Position numbers and translations under genes: made by a program
Shown here: positions 33,638 through 39,191 of the stretch, piece after piece
Numbering within the stretch: the first letter of the stretch is position 1
Layout of the letters: each line of letters opens with the position of its first letter
Source: Octopus bimaculoides
Lineage: Eukaryota
Direction: 5' to 3'
DNA length: 39,191 nucleotides
Assembly: GCF_001194135.2 (NCBI RefSeq)
Contig: NC_068998.1
Span: 28,984,663-29,023,853 of the forward strand
Notes under the pieces: generated by a model
Seen by the model: only the letters and a program-made list of their open reading frames with translations
Database searches by the model: none
Told to the model about the DNA's origin: nothing

Positions 33638-33895
33638 TATATATATATAAATTCCCACATATGTTTGTATATCCAAACACACAAATATGTATATGCACAT
33701 GTGCACACACACACACACACACACACACATGATGGCTACCAGCTTGTTAGATGAGTATGACCATGGTTCTTAAATTCTATCAGTGACTTGCAGAACTTGT
33801 GGGTTTGACATTTATAGAAATTCTTCTAACTTCTTGGTTGTTCTAGATCATTCTGATGATTTTATGTGTACTCCCTCATGTGCCTAGATAACATA

Positions 33896-34040
33896 CAAGG
33901 TGGTAACAAAAGGTTCCCAGAATAGTTTTGTTTAGTAGAAAATAACTTGTTTACCTAATTTTTAATATCATCTCCTTTGAAATAGTCACCTTGTCCCAGC
34001 ATTCCTGCCACTTCTGGAATCTGGCCTGGAAGTTGTTTCC
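33896..34040 (-). mobile_element. Tc1/mariner right end: TIR plus transposase C-terminus
   Basis: TA (33894-33895) + CAAGGTGGTAACAAAAGGTTCCCAGAAT resembles mariner TIRs. Minus-strand GDYFKGDDIKN* matches the mariner C-terminal GDYFEG motif. Confidence 0.7.
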
Positions 34041-34079
34041 TGTAAGCAAGTCGAGGACCAAGACTTCTCACCTGGAGGC

Positions 34080-35056
34080 TCCACCCATCTCTCTTCTTTT
34101 TGACCAGCAGCTTCCTATTAGATTGCATTGCTGTCACATGTGTTGATAGAGCTTTTTCTGTCTTACTCTCTATAGACTCTAGTGTTTTCCAGGATTTGCT
34201 TTTATTCCAACCTCTCTTCCTTCTATCCATCAATGACCTACCTGGCATCTCATCCAACAATGCCTGGTTGACATTATTTTTTATTCCTCCCAAAGCTTAC
34301 CTTAACATGCAACAATCACATGCATTGATTCCATAAACAGAGACCTTGAGAGTAAACTCCAGCAGGGTTATGCCACCCCTGTCTCTTTTAATATAAAAAA
34401 ATTCCCAAATACACAACTTGTATCAAGAAAACACCACCACACCACACCCCACTAAATGTGAGTTCACTCAGCTAGAGCCCTCACAGTTGCTTCAACTGCT
34501 TGGCCTCACTATCTTTGTAAATCTGGTGAAAGTACATCTCTAGTACAACCAGGAACCACTTCCTAAAGACTAGCCCTTCTCTTTAGAGCCGGATGATAAC
34601 AGTTGCCAATACTCTACAAAGTTCAACAATGAAGCATTGTTCCCATATCTGGAACAATGCTGCTGCTACACACATACACACTGACATCCTGGATCACGTT
34701 CAGAGAAAGGCTACTCAACTGACTGGCACCCCATCACTAAAAGAACACTCCAGCCTGTGTCTTACAGGCATACTATCTCCTCTCTCTCTCTCTTTTTACT
34801 GTCACTACTATAATGACCTCTGTCTCATACCTCCACTATTTGGGAACCCCCAACCCATTCCTCTCTCCACCTCTTGGTACACTTAGTGTGTCCAATCCGA
34901 CCCCAGCTCTGCACTAACTGCAGTGCCTAATTCTGCATCTCCAGAATATCATCCCTCTGGAATCTTCTCCCCATTCATGTCTTTCCTACAAGTGCCAATG
35001 CATGAAACACTTGGCCCTTCAGCCACAATGTAACTTCTGTTGATGAAATAAAAAAT
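34080..35056 (+). mobile_element. Degenerate jockey/CR1-like LINE (RT to 3' end)
   Basis: PLFLLSINDLP, MKHCSHIWNNAAA, ILDHVQRKA, SFYCHYYNDLC motifs; A-rich end at ~35047-35056. Confidence 0.7.
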
Positions 35057-35161
35057 ATATATATATATATATATTCATGTTTTGAGTTCTATTTTCCTGA
35101 TTATATTACCAAACCTATACACACACATCTCTCTCTTTATTTATCTATTTATTTATCTCAA

Positions 35162-35163
<2 letters not shown>

Positions 35164-35240
<77 letters not shown>
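35164..35240. repeat. (TG)n(TA)n compound microsatellite
   Basis: Directly visible. Confidence 0.95.
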
Positions 35241-35245
<5 letters not shown>

Positions 35246-37261
35246 TTGTGTATATATAATATCTATATATATATAAAGTGTATGTATATATAATATCAGT
35301 CAGAAAGTATACTGCAGTATGCATCTTCATGTGAAAGAACTCAATACAATAAAAAATATGAGTTAGGAAATGGGTATCATTTGAGACATGTATATACATT
35401 CCTAGATCTATTGATCTCATCAGTTGAAAACATTTCTCTTCATTATGGGGTAATTTTAAATGATTAAAATGTTTTTCTAACTCACTACATTGAATATGTT
35501 AGTTCTTCTCACTCAACAATATATGTTATAGGTGTAGTTGCTATGAGAGATCATCAGAGTAAAGCTTCTGTGATGGTGTTTAGCCATGAATTATTCATGA
35601 ATAATGTTGGTTATCATGTTCATAGATTCTCTCGATATGCACAGTTTCTGTGATTTAGTACTGATGAATAAGAGTAGGTTGTCATGTTTCTGTTGATGGA
35701 TGAGATTTCTATTTATAGAGGATGTACAAGTATATTGAGTCTCTTCCTGCCACTAGTGGCTCTGCAAAAGGTCACCAGAGCTGTTTTTCTTTCTTTAGCT
35801 ATATCATAAAAAAAATGATATATAGTAGCATCTGGATTAAATGTGCATACAGATGGAAAAGATAGAGTGGAATGTGATGTCAAAGTGTTTGTAGTTAGAG
35901 CTGGTAGAGAGCAGTGATTAAGATGGGAAACAAGAAATGAACAACATTTGTAACTGTAGGCTCCAATCTTTGAGCATCCTTCAAACCAACTTAAAATTAC
36001 AAACCTCCCAGCTACTTGACATTTCTAACTTTCAGCTAACATTTAATATCTGTTGAATGATGTTTTTAATGAATCTTTGACAATGTGTATGGGGGGACAA
36101 TTCTGGACATGCCTTAGCCTTAATCAGTGAAGCATAACCTTAACTGTACTTGTCATAGTTGTGATGAGAGAAATGCTAAGGAGATGCAAAAGATTACGAT
36201 GAACATGATGACTATATGCTGCACCCCCTTTTTATTGCTTTTCAAAGATTTCTTTGGATTCCTATGTTTTCAACAACAAAAATTTCAATGTTGCCAAAGA
36301 AGCAGTTTTTCAAAATTTCAGTTTTACCCACCAACCTCAAATTATTTGCTTTCAAAACTTAATATTTCTTAATTTCATGTTTAAGAAAATTTGAAGAATA
36401 TAATTCTGAAAATTTTTTTTTTTAATTTCAACACCTAAAAAGTTTTCCCTCAATCCTTGCTTTTGGCATACCTTGCACTCATCCAATATCAACATTCTGG
36501 AATTTTTTAACCCTGTCCATTTATTTGCACATGATTAGATTCCAGCTGAATGGACATGTAGGAGGACAGCCTCTCTGTAGTTGCATGACATGTTAGATAT
36601 AATAGCAAAGGCTTCCTGAAATTACACACCTTTAACAACTTATAAAATTTTTAAAAAAAGAATTAGTTACAAAATATTTGGGGAGTATTTATCAATTTGA
36701 GATTGTCTGCATTTTAGTAAGAGTGGAGAATTTCCCAGTAAATTTAAATTGCATTACCATCTGTAAAACATTTCCATACTGGAAGAAAGAAATTGGGTGG
36801 TGAAGATGCAATAGTGACAGTTTAAAGAGTGCTGATGCAATGTTTTTCATAAGAAAATAACATCCTGCATCTTTAAATGGACCTGTGCTTTAAGATTGGA
36901 AAGGTGATGAATGAATTGTCATGTTTGTTTTAAAAAATTAAGATAATTTTAAACTCTTAAAACTTGTCCAACACCTTGGCAAAAAAAAAAGCAAAATTAC
37001 TTGGATGCAAATTATGCCTTCTCATTAATAAAGAGATGGTGAGTGACAAAAAAAACTTACCTAACATTTGATGGTAGTAGTAGTGGTAGTGGTAGTTGGG
37101 AGAAGTGAGAATCACTCTGCTGATACATTTCTTATTTCTATTGGGTGTTTATCATTATTCTGAAATTTCAAATAAATTAATTTTCACAATCATGATCTCC
37201 ATATTTCTGTATATGTTGGATAAAATTGTTCAGTTTATAAAAAAGTTTTCTAAGACATTTG

Positions 37262-37330
37262 AGATGCATGATTTGAGGGAGATTTGGCTGTTATTTCTAA
37301 CATCTCAAATAGTCACAAGGAGGCTTCCTT
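37262..37330 (+). mobile_element. Short interspersed repeat fragment, copy 3 of the 3294-3490 family
   Basis: GATTTGAGGGAGATTTGGCTGTTATTTCTAACA...GAGGCTTCCT. Confidence 0.55.
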
Positions 37331-38299
37331 CTTTCATGTCATCATTCAGCAGCTATCTATGCATGGAAAAGTTAAAAAACTTACAAAGGTTTGTGTCAGG
37401 CAGGTGTAGGTATTCTGAAAGCCAGTCATGAAAGGGGTATTTTTAAAGATTGAAATTTTGGAAAACGATCTTTTCAGAATTGTATTCTCCACCTTTAAAA
37501 AAAAATTTAAACATAAAAGCAAAAAAAACTGGAGTTTAATTAGGTAACTGGTTTTTGAAAAGCTGTTTGTTTCTTTTTTGCTTGGAAGTGGGGTGTCATC
37601 ACGTTGTTGAAAATATAGGAATCCTAAGAAGTTTTTGGAAAACAAAACAAGAAAGGGGTGAAATGCATGTTCCACATAGCCATATTTGTTACTATAGGAA
37701 AATAAAATTATTTAGAAATTAATTCAAGTATGTCATCTGCTTAATTCTGAATTTAATACTATCATAATAACATATATGTTGTATGGACAGTTATCAGCAG
37801 GTTTATCTCCTAATCTTATCTGGATTAGTTGTTTCTTCATTGGATGTTGAAAATGGGTTCATTTTGATGTCCTATTATAACAACTGCCATATTTCAATTG
37901 TATCATTAATTTTATTGCTATTGTCTTTAACTGCATACTCACTGAAGACAACACTCTCAGTTTCTTGTTTTTGTTAAGTCCAACCTTTACAGCTTCTCAC
38001 TAGAAAATATAACCATTATCAACAAACACTTTTAAAATATTCTACAATAGTATAGAAACAACCTCTACAGAAACAAATAGTTACCTCCTCTTAGGAAATA
38101 AAAACGTACCTTTAAAGAATGTTCAAATGTTATCCTCATACTAGATTGTATCCAAGAAAGAACCTTTCCTTGAAAAGCAAATCCTCCATTACTACAAAGA
38201 AGCTTCTATCTCATTTTAGCTCTGTTAGCACTTGATTTACTAAAAATAGCAATTAAATTCCTGTATTTCACACCTTATCATTTTAAAAACAGAAGGCAT

Positions 38300-38850
38300 A
38301 TTTGCCAGCATAGAGCCAGATATACAGAAAGACTGGATGGCCATGGCTGAAATAGTTATAATCACATTTATACTTTATCAGTGCTGAGCTGAGGCTAGCC
38401 AAAAACATCATGCTGAAACTTTTACAAAAGACCATGGTCTGGTGAGTCGCATTATATGGATCTGAAGCATGGATCCTAAGGGTGACAAATACAAAACTAC
38501 TGAGTGCATTTAAGATGAAATGCTACAGGTGAGCACTGCAGATCAGTTGGGCAGCTTGTAAAGCAAGCAATTCAGTATTGTGGGAGATGGCAGCAGAATG
38601 AAAGTTGGTGGTGATAGTCAGAAAGAAAGACGACAATATTTTGGCCTCGTTGTTAAAGTTCAGAATCTTGGGTGTTAGATGGATGGAAAATGGACTTGCA
38701 GGTGACAAAGATGAAGACAGCATGATGACATCAAGGACTGGATAGGGAGTACCCTGGTAGAATGTACTGTGGCAACATGAGACCGCAGTGTATGACAAGA
38801 AGTGGTAGTTGTATCTGAGTCCCACAACTCTCACACATGACAATGGTATA
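38300..38850 (+). mobile_element. Degenerate RTE (BovB-like) LINE 3' portion
   Basis: ALYGSEAWIL, SAFKMKCYR, RQYFG, DDIKDWIGSTLVECT motifs across frames. Confidence 0.7.
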
Positions 38851-38890
38851 TTCATCTTCATTATTAAACACAGAGATAGCATGATTTTAT

Positions 38891-38933
<43 letters not shown>

Positions 38934-38937
38934 TAAT

Positions 38938-39151
38938 CATGGTTTCAAATTCTAGCACAAAGCCAGTAAGTTCAAGGGAAGGAGTAAGTTGATTACATCA
39001 ACCCCAGTATTCAACTGGTACTTATTTTATTGACCCTAAAATGATGAAAGGCAAAGTCAACCTCAACAGAACTTGAACTCAGAATGTAAATTCAGACAAA
39101 ATGCCACTAAGCATTTTGCTGGTGTGCTAACAATTCTGCCAGCTCATTGCC

Positions 39152-39153
<2 letters not shown>
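38938..39153 (-). mobile_element. tRNA-derived SINE embedded in an (AAT)n microsatellite
   Basis: Minus strand GGCAATGAGCTGGCAGAATTGTTAGC...GAGTTCAAGTTCTG (A/B-box-like) ...GACTTTGCCTTTCATC...AAGTACCAGTTG. (AAT)n at 38891-38938 and 39153-39191. Confidence 0.8.

Positions 39154-39191
<38 letters not shown>

Noticed and set aside
33955-34293. 112-aa ORF as an intact transposase or novel protein
   Set aside because: Chimeric by chance: antisense LINE sequence read into the last codons of a mariner remnant.

Overview
AT-rich, microsatellite-dense eukaryotic genomic DNA. The SINE heads, MITEs and compound TA/CA/GA tracts look like those I associate with Octopus/coleoid cephalopods; this taxon call is recognition, not a database result. 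The only host coding sequence I can support is one + strand exon of a cAMP-specific phosphodiesterase 4 (PDE4/dunce) gene: the C-terminal half of UCR1 ([24 protein letters not shown], 7867-7974, phase 2-2). It is preceded by a CpG-rich, in-frame 74-codon extension from ATG 7646 that looks like an alternative N-terminus, with a polybasic stretch and a composite calcineurin-docking-like motif (LTVPVITVN). The rest appears to be PDE4 intron filled with decayed transposons. These include a Ty3/Gypsy remnant whose ~123-bp LTR keeps a perfect CRE, an R4/Dong-type LINE split by an RTE and a SINE tail, and an RTE 3' end with three C2H2 fingers. There are also CR1/L2- and jockey-type LINE fragments, a mariner end, Helitron/Helentron-like termini, a piggyBac-type MITE and tRNA-SINEs. 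Three long fold-back palindromes stand out (arms ~430, ~190 and ~180 bp), the largest apparently seeded by an internal 11-bp inverted repeat. I found no prokaryotic-type systems, CRISPR arrays, rRNA or genuine tRNA genes. Boundaries of decayed elements are approximate.
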